From an uncultured Granulosicoccaceae bacterium (lineage in GTDB: Bacteria; Pseudomonadota; Gammaproteobacteria; CALCKW01), in contig CALCKW010000059.1 of the NCBI GenBank assembly GCA_937965695.1, forward strand, positions 351 through 64,350: DNA of 64,000 nucleotides, written 5' to 3'. Position numbers and translations under genes: made by a program. Below, in pieces: positions 41,590 to 49,832 of this stretch. Position 1 is the first letter of the stretch, and each line of letters starts with the position of its first letter. The notes beneath the pieces were generated by a model that saw only the letters and a program-made list of their open reading frames with translations, did not search any database and had not been told where the DNA came from.

Positions 41590-42729
41590 TTACCTGCCTG
41601 ACGGACTCTCACTCGGTGAAAGTTTTTTACGCTTTCCCAGCTTAAAGCGATCGGCTGTTGCGTATTCGCCTGCGGCGACACCGGCAGCAAAATCGCCAAA
41701 CACTGGGCCATGCTTGAACAGGTGGCCTGAACAACCACCGACCATCAACACCTTGTCGTGGGCAGGATGCCAGTCAACGATAAAATGCGTGTCAGGTGTA
41801 AGGATGATCTGATTGAACTTGCTGTCGACCACGCGCTCTCCCTCAAGACCAGGAAGGCGCTTACGGATGTATTGGCGTGTGCGGTCAATGGTGGAGCGGC
41901 GAATGAGTCGCTCGTCGTTATCTAGGTCAATTTTGTCCGGGATAACGACCGCTGCTTTAACACCGTGACCCTCCACTGAAGGCATACCAAAGCTGCCCTG
42001 ACCGTGGTCAATCCAGCAAGGCATATTGCTGTGGTCGTAACGCTCATTTCCAGCAGGCGTAGCGGTATAGAGTACATTGACACCTACCACCGTACTGATT
42101 GGTTTGATGGTGCGTGGAAACATATCAGCCATCCATGGCCCCGTAGCGATGATAATGCGATCCGCTTGCATGCGCTTGCCATCCAGCAGCGGGTATTCGT
42201 CGGCGTCTGTGCTGACAGCACCACGTTTGACGACACCCCCCAATTTCTGAAACAACTGCACCGCGGAAATAACCGCGCGGTGAGCCATTAGCAAGCCTGC
42301 CTCTGGTTCGTATATACCGTAAGCGATGTCATCGCTCTTGAACTGCGGAAATCTCACCGCCAGTTCACGTTGATCAAAGCGGTGGTGAGGGACACCCAGC
42401 TTGGAGAACGTTTCGCAGGTAGCGTCCTCCCAGTCGCAGTGCCCAGCGGTTGCCAAAATGAGGGCCCCGCATTCGTAGTAAAGGCGCTGTCCTGTTTCCT
42501 CTTGCAATTCAAGCCACTGCAGGCGTGCTTCTCGAGCCCAACGCGTGTAGAACTCGTCGCGGCCGTGAATGGCACGGATGACCCGGTTGTAATCGGTTGA
42601 CGACGCGCGCGGATGGCCTGGCTCCCATTTGTCGATCAACGTAACAGAGTGTCCTCGTCGCTGCAGAGATAGGGCGGTCATGGTGCCTGCGATACCGGCA
42701 CCCACCACAATAATGTCGTTGAAATTCAT
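41590..42729 (-). CDS. FAD-dependent amine oxidoreductase, monomeric sarcosine/fructosylamine oxidase (DAO) family
   Basis: VGAGIAG, ASSTDYNRVIR, ATGPW, TPDTHFIVD, SGHLFK; true start ATG 42729. Confidence 0.85.
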   Translation of the reverse strand: MNFNDIIVVGAGIAGTMTALSLQRRGHSVTLIDKWEPGHPRASSTDYNRVIRAIHGRDEFYTRWAREARLQWLELQEETGQRLYYECGALILATAGHCDWEDATCETFSKLGVPHHRFDQRELAVRFPQFKSDDIAYGIYEPEAGLLMAHRAVISAVQLFQKLGGVVKRGAVSTDADEYPLLDGKRMQADRIIIATGPWMADMFPRTIKPISTVVGVNVLYTATPAGNERYDHSNMPCWIDHGQGSFGMPSVEGHGVKAAVVIPDKIDLDNDERLIRRSTIDRTRQYIRKRLPGLEGERVVDSKFNQIILTPDTHFIVDWHPAHDKVLMVGGCSGHLFKHGPVFGDFAAGVAAGEYATADRFKLGKRKKLSPSESPSGR

Positions 42730-42767
42730 TAATGTTCCAAAAAAACGTTGCAATTCGCGTTGATTGA

Positions 42768-42780
42768 ATACAGTATACAA
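42768..42780. promoter_or_regulatory. Candidate GntR operator (ATACAGTATACAA), copy 1
   Basis: Identical 13-mer at 55542-55554 next to the gntR gene; lies in the divergent oxidase/BMC-operon promoter. Confidence 0.7.
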
Positions 42781-42853
42781 AAACGCGAAAATGAGCAAGA
42801 TAAAGCATCGGATAGATGTATAGTAACGGTAAATCAACTCGGAGAGGTCGCAT

Positions 42854-44149
42854 ATGAATCAGCTGGATCCCACACTGCCTGAGGGTATTCACACTGTCGC
42901 CATGGGCATTGGAGACGCCAACGGCATCATGCGTGGCAAACGGATTCCCGCCAGTCATTGGAAATCGATCTGTGACGGGGGATGCACTATGTCACTCGCG
43001 ACCTTCGCTATTGATATGACGTGTGATGTTTGGGACACGCCCTATGTCAATTTCGACAACGGTTATCCGGATATGCATATTTTTCCGATCTCTCAGCCCA
43101 AAGAATGCCCGTGGGAGCCAGGGGTGGCCGTGTGTATGGCACAGGCCGTTGGCACAGACCATAAACCTGTGCCAATAGATCCTCGAAATGCGCTTGTTCG
43201 ACAGGTAGAGCGCGCACGAGAGATGGGTTTTGAAGTGAGTGTGGGGACAGAGCTGGAGTTTTATTTGCTTGACCCAGAAACTAAGATGCCTAAAGACGCA
43301 GGCATTGGTGTCTACAGCTTGGTGCGGGCTGCTGAGCTTGAACATGTGCTCGGGCCGATTCGCAATGGCTTGGTCGAAGTGGGTATTCCTATAGAACAAT
43401 CCAATCCCGAGTATGCCGCTGGTCAGGTGGAAGTGAATATTCGCTTTGACGAGGCACTGTTAGCCGCCGATCGTGTCGTGATGTTTCGCAATCTGGTGAA
43501 AGAACTTTCAATGCATCACGGCTACTTGGCAACGTTCATGTCCAAGCCCTTTTTGGAAGAGTCGGGTAGTGGCTTTCACACCCATTACTCGCTGTGGCGA
43601 GACGGTAAAAATCAGTTCAGTGATGATGGCAAGTTTAACCAACTCGGTCGTCATTTTGTGGCGGGCTTGCAAAAAAGAATGGCGGAGATGGCGCTTGCTT
43701 CAGCGTCTAACCCCAATGCCTATCGCCGACGTCAGCCATATACTTTTTGCCCGACCAATACCAGTTGGGGCCCCGACAATCGCACGGTGGGTTTGCGCGT
43801 GATCGAAGGCTCTGAAAGTGCTGCTCGTATCGAAAAACGTGATGGATCTGCAGATTGCAATCCTTATTACTTGCTCGCTTGCGAGTTGGCGGCGGGCCTG
43901 GATGGTATCGAGGCTGGCGAGGAGCCGTCTGAAATGACCACGGGCAATGCCTATGAATCCGAGACTGAAGGTCTTATCCCCGCTGACATGGCCACTGCAA
44001 TAGCCTTGGCGAAAGAGTCAACGTTTATGCGTGACGTTATGGGTGAAAGCGGGCTTCAGATCATGATTCAACAAGCAGAGCGAGAACTCGAATTCATCGC
44101 GACACCAATATCACCGGTAGAGATTGAGCGCTACCTTGGAAACTTTTAA
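42854..44149 (+). CDS. Glutamine synthetase-like gamma-glutamyl-amine ligase (PuuA/GlnA4-like)
   Basis: GIMRGKR, ELEFYL, EYAAGQVE, FMSKP, GSGFHTH, DNRT; flap Glu replaced (PYTFCP vs PGYEAP). Confidence 0.85.
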   Translation: MNQLDPTLPEGIHTVAMGIGDANGIMRGKRIPASHWKSICDGGCTMSLATFAIDMTCDVWDTPYVNFDNGYPDMHIFPISQPKECPWEPGVAVCMAQAVGTDHKPVPIDPRNALVRQVERAREMGFEVSVGTELEFYLLDPETKMPKDAGIGVYSLVRAAELEHVLGPIRNGLVEVGIPIEQSNPEYAAGQVEVNIRFDEALLAADRVVMFRNLVKELSMHHGYLATFMSKPFLEESGSGFHTHYSLWRDGKNQFSDDGKFNQLGRHFVAGLQKRMAEMALASASNPNAYRRRQPYTFCPTNTSWGPDNRTVGLRVIEGSESAARIEKRDGSADCNPYYLLACELAAGLDGIEAGEEPSEMTTGNAYESETEGLIPADMATAIALAKESTFMRDVMGESGLQIMIQQAERELEFIATPISPVEIERYLGNF

Positions 44150-44442
44150 TGCGCTTGGCTAATGTCACAGGCACTGTCACAGCGACAGTCAAATCTCAGT
44201 CGCTAACTGGGTTGAAGTTTTTGCTGGTGGACTATACAGACGCCGGCGGCAAAGTTATCGATGCGGCACGTGTTGTTGCGGACGATGTTGGTGCCGGCGT
44301 AGGTGACCAAGTCATTGTCAGCGAAGGATCAGCCGCACGATTACCCAATGGCATGGCAGGCTTAGCGGTGGACGCGACGGTTTTGGCCATTGTGGACGAG
44401 GTTAAAACAAAGGCAAGAAGGGCGGCAGCCAAGTCCGGCTGA
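44149..44442 (+). CDS. BMC vertex pentamer (BMC-P, EutN/CcmL family)
   Basis: MRLANVTGTVTATVK, DDVGAGVGDQV, GSAAR, VDATVLAIVD; start overlaps the upstream stop. Confidence 0.93.
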   Translation: MRLANVTGTVTATVKSQSLTGLKFLLVDYTDAGGKVIDAARVVADDVGAGVGDQVIVSEGSAARLPNGMAGLAVDATVLAIVDEVKTKARRAAAKSG

Positions 44443-44557
44443 GATCCTATTAAATCTAGAACAGCTAAAAGGGCATAAGGCTCTTTTTACGAGCAGATTG
44501 GTTTTTACTTAAAGATCAATTGGTGCTTTTGAATATCACTTATAAAGGAAAAAAGTC

Positions 44558-44866
44558 ATGGCGACAAAACAAGCACCCGGGCAGTCAGCACTGGGCATGA
44601 TCGAGACACGGGGTTTGGTAGCAGCGGTTGAAGCGGCCGACGCAATGGTAAAAGCAGCTAACGTCACTATCGTAGGGCAAACCAAGGCTGGTGGTGGACT
44701 GATCACAATCCTAATCCGCGGCGAAGTCGGTGCTGTTAAAGCTGCAGCTGATGCTGGTGCCAATGCTGCAAATAAAGTGGGTGATGTTGTGGCCGTCCAC
44801 GTCATTCCGCGACCACACGATGAAGTCGAAGGAATTTTGAGCGCACTCGGCGGTGGCGGCGAGTAG
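44558..44866 (+). CDS. BMC shell hexamer (BMC-H, EutM/PduA family)
   Basis: [43 protein letters not shown]; AAGGA RBS. Confidence 0.97.
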   Translation: MATKQAPGQSALGMIETRGLVAAVEAADAMVKAANVTIVGQTKAGGGLITILIRGEVGAVKAAADAGANAANKVGDVVAVHVIPRPHDEVEGILSALGGGGE

Positions 44867-45035
44867 TGCTCTGACAACGCGGCAAATTAGGATGCAGCGT
44901 GCCGTCGTATTTTTAGATATTCGAGCTAGTTATGAATCGCATTTTATTGACAATCATAGGTAATGCTAAGCGGGTGTCCTTTAGGAACGCTTTTGCTTCA
45001 TTTGTGCCGCGCTTTCAGAGCACGGAGGCTAACTG

Positions 45036-46244
45036 ATGAGCGACGTGGACTTCGAGCGCTTCACCCAGTCTCTGGGTGTTCAAACGTCAGGAGCAAGCGC
45101 TGCTACTTCGGCGAAACGTTTTGAGCGCGCATGCGTATTGGGTGGAGACAGCGATGCCTGGTTGTTGGCGGCAATTTGTGTGGCCAATGACACTCCGGTG
45201 AAATTGTTTTCTGCCTACGCTGCTGAGCTTGACCCACTGCGCTCAGCCGGTGGTGTGACACTGCGAGGCGCTGGACCCATAGGAACTGTCGCACTAGATC
45301 AAAGTAAGTCTGCAAGCATTGAGACAACCACGGTGCTTGATTCAGCTGTCAATGACAGCGATATCATCTTTTTAACTGGGCCAGTGCACAAACTGCGCAC
45401 CTGGGCGATGGTGTTGGCAGGTCATCTGCGTGATGGTCAGGTCGTTGTCGTTTTGAATGCTCGTACATTTGGCGCTTTAGAGACTCGAAGTTTGTTGAGG
45501 CTAGGTGGTAGTACGGCAGATTGCACTATCGTCGAGTTGCAAGGTGCACCTTGGTGGTTAGCTGCTTCAGGCACCCAACTGCAACTTTCAAAACGGACGG
45601 CCCCATTGGCGGCCACGCTTCCAGCTCGGCGCGAGCATGTGCTTCAGGGTTTGCAGGCTTTGATTGGTAAAATACAACCATGTACCTCAACACTCTACAG
45701 CAGTTTTGGAGATTGCAGTGGTGTTGTGGAATTACCTGCATTGGTGCTAGGCGGTCCGTTCAATCCCAACGGGGGACCAGCTGTTCCGGATGGTGCAAAC
45801 GCACTGCCTGTACATCAGAATTTTCATAACCTATTTGGTGAAAGCCATCGGCTTGTAGCCTCGCAATTGCTCGACGAACGTCGTTTGGTGGCCTCCAAGT
45901 TTGGTGTGCGAGATCTACCAAATCTTGAGTTGGCATTGAGCGACTATGCAGGCGGGGTTGAAGCAGATGATTCACGCGCAATTCCCAACTTGCAGCAAAG
46001 CAGAGAGATGCTCCGCTGTGCAGTAATTGCGTCGCTATTGCCATTGCAAAGTGCTGCGCAGTTGGCGGGTGTTGCAGTTCCTGTAACGCAGGCGATGACG
46101 ACACTGGGTAGCAGTTTGCTCGACGCTGATTTAACGGCGGCTGGACGATGGCTCGAAAGTTTGGGTGTGGCCAGTACGAGTTTCGATGATTGCAAGCGAT
46201 CTTTAGCTGAACTAATAGACGGAGAATCTAGCGGTGGACGCTGA
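45036..46244 (+). CDS. Degenerate opine/octopine dehydrogenase-fold protein
   Basis: Rossmann-like start, LDERRLVASKFG, LAGVAVPVTQAM and GRWLESLG match the octopine-DH C-domain layout; GxGxxG is absent. Confidence 0.6.
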   Translation: MSDVDFERFTQSLGVQTSGASAATSAKRFERACVLGGDSDAWLLAAICVANDTPVKLFSAYAAELDPLRSAGGVTLRGAGPIGTVALDQSKSASIETTTVLDSAVNDSDIIFLTGPVHKLRTWAMVLAGHLRDGQVVVVLNARTFGALETRSLLRLGGSTADCTIVELQGAPWWLAASGTQLQLSKRTAPLAATLPARREHVLQGLQALIGKIQPCTSTLYSSFGDCSGVVELPALVLGGPFNPNGGPAVPDGANALPVHQNFHNLFGESHRLVASQLLDERRLVASKFGVRDLPNLELALSDYAGGVEADDSRAIPNLQQSREMLRCAVIASLLPLQSAAQLAGVAVPVTQAMTTLGSSLLDADLTAAGRWLESLGVASTSFDDCKRSLAELIDGESSGGR

Positions 46245-47613
46245 TTTAAGATCAATACAAGCAGCACGTGAGGCGGCCGATAAGGCTTTCACCGCATGGC
46301 AGACTTTTAAAAACACGGACCCAGCACAGATTGATGAAATAGTGCAGGCGATGGCGCGTGCCATTGAGCCTGAGGCCCTACGCTTGGCTGAGCTAGCGGT
46401 CGAAGAAACGGGTTACGGGAATGTGCCGGATAAACGCATAAAAAATCTGTTTAATTCTCTTTCAGTGGCTGAATGGCTGCGCGACATTAAGACGCTGGGC
46501 TTGTTGTGGCAGGATGAGCGAACCAAAATTGCCGCAATCGGTGAACCGATGGGTTTGGTGGCAGCGTTGATCCCGGTGACAAATCCCACATCGACCATTA
46601 TTTATAAGGTTTTGTCGGCTGTTAAGGCTGGCAACGCTATTGTTTGCGCGCCGCATCCACGTGGGGTCAAAAGCGGTGTTGCAACCGTAGAAATCATGGC
46701 GCGTGTTGCCGAGCAAATGGGTGCGCCTAAGGGACTCATTCAGTGTTTGGATCAAGTGACAAACCAAGGCACTGCTGAACTCATGAAACATCGACGTACG
46801 TCGGTGGTTATGGCTACCGGTGGACCGGCCATGGTGCAGGCCGCTTATTCATCTGGTAAGCCAACTCTGGCTGTTGGAGCAGGTAATGTGCCTTGTTATG
46901 TCCATGCCTCAAAAAAATCGGAACTAGCCGAGGTCGCTGAACAAATATTGACCTCTAAGAGCTTTGACTACGGCACCGCTTGTGTCTCGGAGCAGGCGAT
47001 TGTTGTCGATCGTGAAATTGCCGGGCAGTTGCGGCATGAGATGCGTATGCGTGGTGGTTATTTTTGCACCGCTTCCGAAGCTGAGCGTTTGGCAAAAGTG
47101 ATCTTTACGCCAAATAACAGCATGAACCCAAACAATGTAGGTCAATCACCTGAGAGTTTGGCTTCGCAGGCGGATATCCAAATTCCACCCAATTGCCGCG
47201 CTCTTATTGCCGATCAAAGTGAAATAGGCTGGCATGCTCCCTTGTCCGCAGAGAAATTAAACCCGGTGTTGGCTTGGTACGAAAGCAAAGACAGCGACGA
47301 GGGCATCGACATCTCTGAGCGGATCGCTAAGTTTGGCGGTTGGGGCCACAGTGCGGTGGTGCATTCAAATGATCCCGGCATTGTGAGTCAGTACAGCCGC
47401 CTGCCCGTTGGGCGTGTGCTGGCCAACACACCCGGTATTTTGGGTGGTATGGGATTCTCGACGGATCTAGAACCGAGTTTCATGCTGGGAACAGGCACCT
47501 CTTCTGGCTCCATTGTTTCTGACAATGTGACAGCCTTGCATTTGATTAATATAAAACGTGTCGCTTGGCAAAATAGGCCATGGCGAGACATCTATGATAT
47601 CTACGGAGAATAA
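46234..47613 (+). CDS. CoA-acylating aldehyde dehydrogenase (EutE/PduP/AdhE-N family)
   Basis: EETGYG, PVTNPTST, ATGGPAMV, GAGNVP, SKSFDYGTACVSEQ, EKLNP, GHSA. Confidence 0.93.
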   Translation: MDADLRSIQAAREAADKAFTAWQTFKNTDPAQIDEIVQAMARAIEPEALRLAELAVEETGYGNVPDKRIKNLFNSLSVAEWLRDIKTLGLLWQDERTKIAAIGEPMGLVAALIPVTNPTSTIIYKVLSAVKAGNAIVCAPHPRGVKSGVATVEIMARVAEQMGAPKGLIQCLDQVTNQGTAELMKHRRTSVVMATGGPAMVQAAYSSGKPTLAVGAGNVPCYVHASKKSELAEVAEQILTSKSFDYGTACVSEQAIVVDREIAGQLRHEMRMRGGYFCTASEAERLAKVIFTPNNSMNPNNVGQSPESLASQADIQIPPNCRALIADQSEIGWHAPLSAEKLNPVLAWYESKDSDEGIDISERIAKFGGWGHSAVVHSNDPGIVSQYSRLPVGRVLANTPGILGGMGFSTDLEPSFMLGTGTSSGSIVSDNVTALHLINIKRVAWQNRPWRDIYDIYGE

Positions 47614-47615
47614 GC

Positions 47616-48242
47616 GTGGCGAGTAAAATTACTATACGAGCGTTGATGCAGATCGACCGCTTGCAGCCAAAATTTGCTGCCTACAACGGTGCAACGGTAC
47701 AAGGTTCTGTGCCGCTCGCGGGCGATACCGTGCTTATTGGTGAGTTTGCACCTGGGAATGGGGTGTTTACCTTAATTGATAAGGCGCTGAAAGCGAGCGC
47801 TGTTGAGGCTACTTCGCAGTTGGTCGAGCGCGAGTTTGGTTTTTTTATTCTTCGTTCTACGTCTAACGCGGAAGTGAGTGCGGCGAGAGATGCCATTCTC
47901 TCGGAGTTAGGCGCAAGCATGGAATCGCGTATCAAGCCTCAGCTTGAGTCTACTCAAATCATAACCTCCGTTGAGCCCTATCAAGCCCAATTGATTAATA
48001 AGTGGCGTAAAGGCGCATTGCTGGTTCCTGGCCAGACACTGGGTATTGTTGAGTGCTCGCCAGCGGCTTATATCTCTGTTGCGGCCAACGAAGCTGAAAA
48101 GGCAGCTCACATAGATATTGTAGAAGTGAGGGCGGTAGGACGTTTTGGTCGTTTGTTTATTTCTGGTGGTGAAGACGATGTGAAGACCGCCATCGCAGCC
48201 GCGAGCAAAGCCATTGAAGCAATGGATGGGCAGTCGGCCTAA
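47616..48242 (+). CDS. BMC tandem-domain shell protein, CcmP/CsoS1D-like (BMC-Tdp)
   Basis: IDRLQP, VEREFG, YQAQLINK, AANEAEKAA, GRFGRLFISG match the CcmP pattern. Confidence 0.9.
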   Translation: MASKITIRALMQIDRLQPKFAAYNGATVQGSVPLAGDTVLIGEFAPGNGVFTLIDKALKASAVEATSQLVEREFGFFILRSTSNAEVSAARDAILSELGASMESRIKPQLESTQIITSVEPYQAQLINKWRKGALLVPGQTLGIVECSPAAYISVAANEAEKAAHIDIVEVRAVGRFGRLFISGGEDDVKTAIAAASKAIEAMDGQSA

Positions 48243-49423
48243 TGGCGGATTTGGTCAGCGATGCGGATGTCATTGCCGCTCATCGTCGAGGGCGGATGGT
48301 GATAGAAATCGTACCGGGAACGATTGTTACACAGCAAGCTCGTGATACTGCAGCGCGGCTGGGCGTCTCGCTACACGAGGGTTTGCTGGAGCGTCCTCAA
48401 GCGCCTCGCACTGATGGCAATGTGAGTTTGAGGCGTAACTTATGGCGTCGTAACCCTGGCTGGATTTCACCGCTAAATAAACCGACACCACGTGCACGCC
48501 GTATAAAAAAGTTAGCACTGATAGGTGCTGGCGGGGTAGGTGCCAATATTGCGCATTTGGTGTGCAATGCTCACTCAGCTGATCTAGTGTGCTTAATAGA
48601 TGTGGTGCCGGGCTTGGCAGAATCTGTCGCTTTGGACCTTGAGCATGCCACCGGTGTCAATCGATCTGCAACACGCGTCAGTGGTGGAGAATCGCTGCAA
48701 GCGGTTGCGGGTGCTGAAGTGGTTGTTGTTACAGCAGGGCGACCGCGTACACCGGGTATGGGTCGCAGTGATCTGCTGGATATTAACCGACGTGTTATCC
48801 GAACGGCAGCTCAGGCGATCAGTGAGCATGCACCAGAGGCGATTGTTATTGTTGTCACCAATCCCCTCGACGAGATGACCGTTGAAATGCTTCGCGCAAC
48901 AGGATTTCCGAGACAGCGAGTGCTTGGCATGGCCGGCACACTTGACAGCAGCCGGTTCCGCCGTGCACTAGCAAAAGAAGCGGGTGTTGCGGTGGCTGAT
49001 GTAGAAGCCATAACACTCGGCAGCCATGGCGATGAAATGACGCCAATCACTTCTCGCGCCCGTATTCGCGGTCGTACGTTAGAGACTGTGTTGTCGCAAG
49101 AGCAAATAGACGCCTGCGCAAAAGATGCCGTCACCGGTGGAGGGCAGGTAGTAGCACTGCGCAAGACGGGTTCAGCGACTGTTGCGCCTGCACACTCAAC
49201 CGTAGAACTCATTGACCACATCCGAGGTGCACTGAATGGCGCTGTGCCAGTCTCGGTAATGCTAGAAGGCGAATACGGAATAACTGGCGTAGTTCTAGGG
49301 GTCCCTTGCTTGATTGGTGCTAGCGGTGTGTTGGAGGTAGAAGAGCTGGCCTTAAATGAATCTGAAAGTCAGATGCTTCACGCGGCGGCGCAAGCGATTA
49401 CAGAGCGATTGAACGATGCCTGA
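48242..49423 (+). CDS. LDH-like malate dehydrogenase with N-terminal EutQ-N-like extension
   Basis: GAGGVG, TAGRPRTPGMGRSDLL, VTNPLD, LDSSR, GSHGD; about 85 aa N-terminal extension. Confidence 0.88.
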   Translation: MADLVSDADVIAAHRRGRMVIEIVPGTIVTQQARDTAARLGVSLHEGLLERPQAPRTDGNVSLRRNLWRRNPGWISPLNKPTPRARRIKKLALIGAGGVGANIAHLVCNAHSADLVCLIDVVPGLAESVALDLEHATGVNRSATRVSGGESLQAVAGAEVVVVTAGRPRTPGMGRSDLLDINRRVIRTAAQAISEHAPEAIVIVVTNPLDEMTVEMLRATGFPRQRVLGMAGTLDSSRFRRALAKEAGVAVADVEAITLGSHGDEMTPITSRARIRGRTLETVLSQEQIDACAKDAVTGGGQVVALRKTGSATVAPAHSTVELIDHIRGALNGAVPVSVMLEGEYGITGVVLGVPCLIGASGVLEVEELALNESESQMLHAAAQAITERLNDA

Positions 49424-49832
49424 TCCTGTTTTGTTGAAAGCGGCAGGCGGTGGTCGATTTGAAAAAATTGGCGCCTACGCGCGAGCGCGTCGCGTGGGCC
49501 CTTTTGTGTATGTGGCAGGCACGACTGCGATAGCGTCAAACGGGCTACTGCACGCACCCGGTGACACTTACGCACAAACGCTTTTTATCTTTGAACGCAT
49601 AGAGCAAGCATTGGCCGATGTACAAGCTGAGATGCGACATGTGGTCCGCACCCGAGCATTTTTTAGCGAAATCGCCAACGGTGGCGATTTCGTTCGTGCG
49701 CATGGTGAGGTTTTTACGGGTATCGAACCCGTCACCAGTGGCGTCGCCGCTGGATTGACAACCCCGGGCATGATGATTGAAATCGAAGTGGATGCTTTAG
49801 TCCACGACACCCAAGGAAATATACAGTGGTGA
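49416..49832 (+). CDS. Rid (YjgF/YER057c/UK114) family protein
   Basis: YARARRVG, VAGTT, VVRTR, IEIEVDA; no Arg in the PAR position (EPVTS). Confidence 0.85.
   Translation: MPDPVLLKAAGGGRFEKIGAYARARRVGPFVYVAGTTAIASNGLLHAPGDTYAQTLFIFERIEQALADVQAEMRHVVRTRAFFSEIANGGDFVRAHGEVFTGIEPVTSGVAAGLTTPGMMIEIEVDALVHDTQGNIQW

Noticed and set aside
44947-44995. TTGACA and a weak hairpin between BMC-H and the opine-DH-like gene as an internal promoter or terminator
   Set aside because: No -10 box at 16-18 bp spacing and the stem is interrupted; too weak to call
44149-48242. Carboxysome, or classical Eut/Pdu/GRM metabolosome
   Set aside because: No Rubisco, carbonic anhydrase, EutBC, diol dehydratase or glycyl radical enzyme in the window; CcmP-like trimers also occur in metabolosomes
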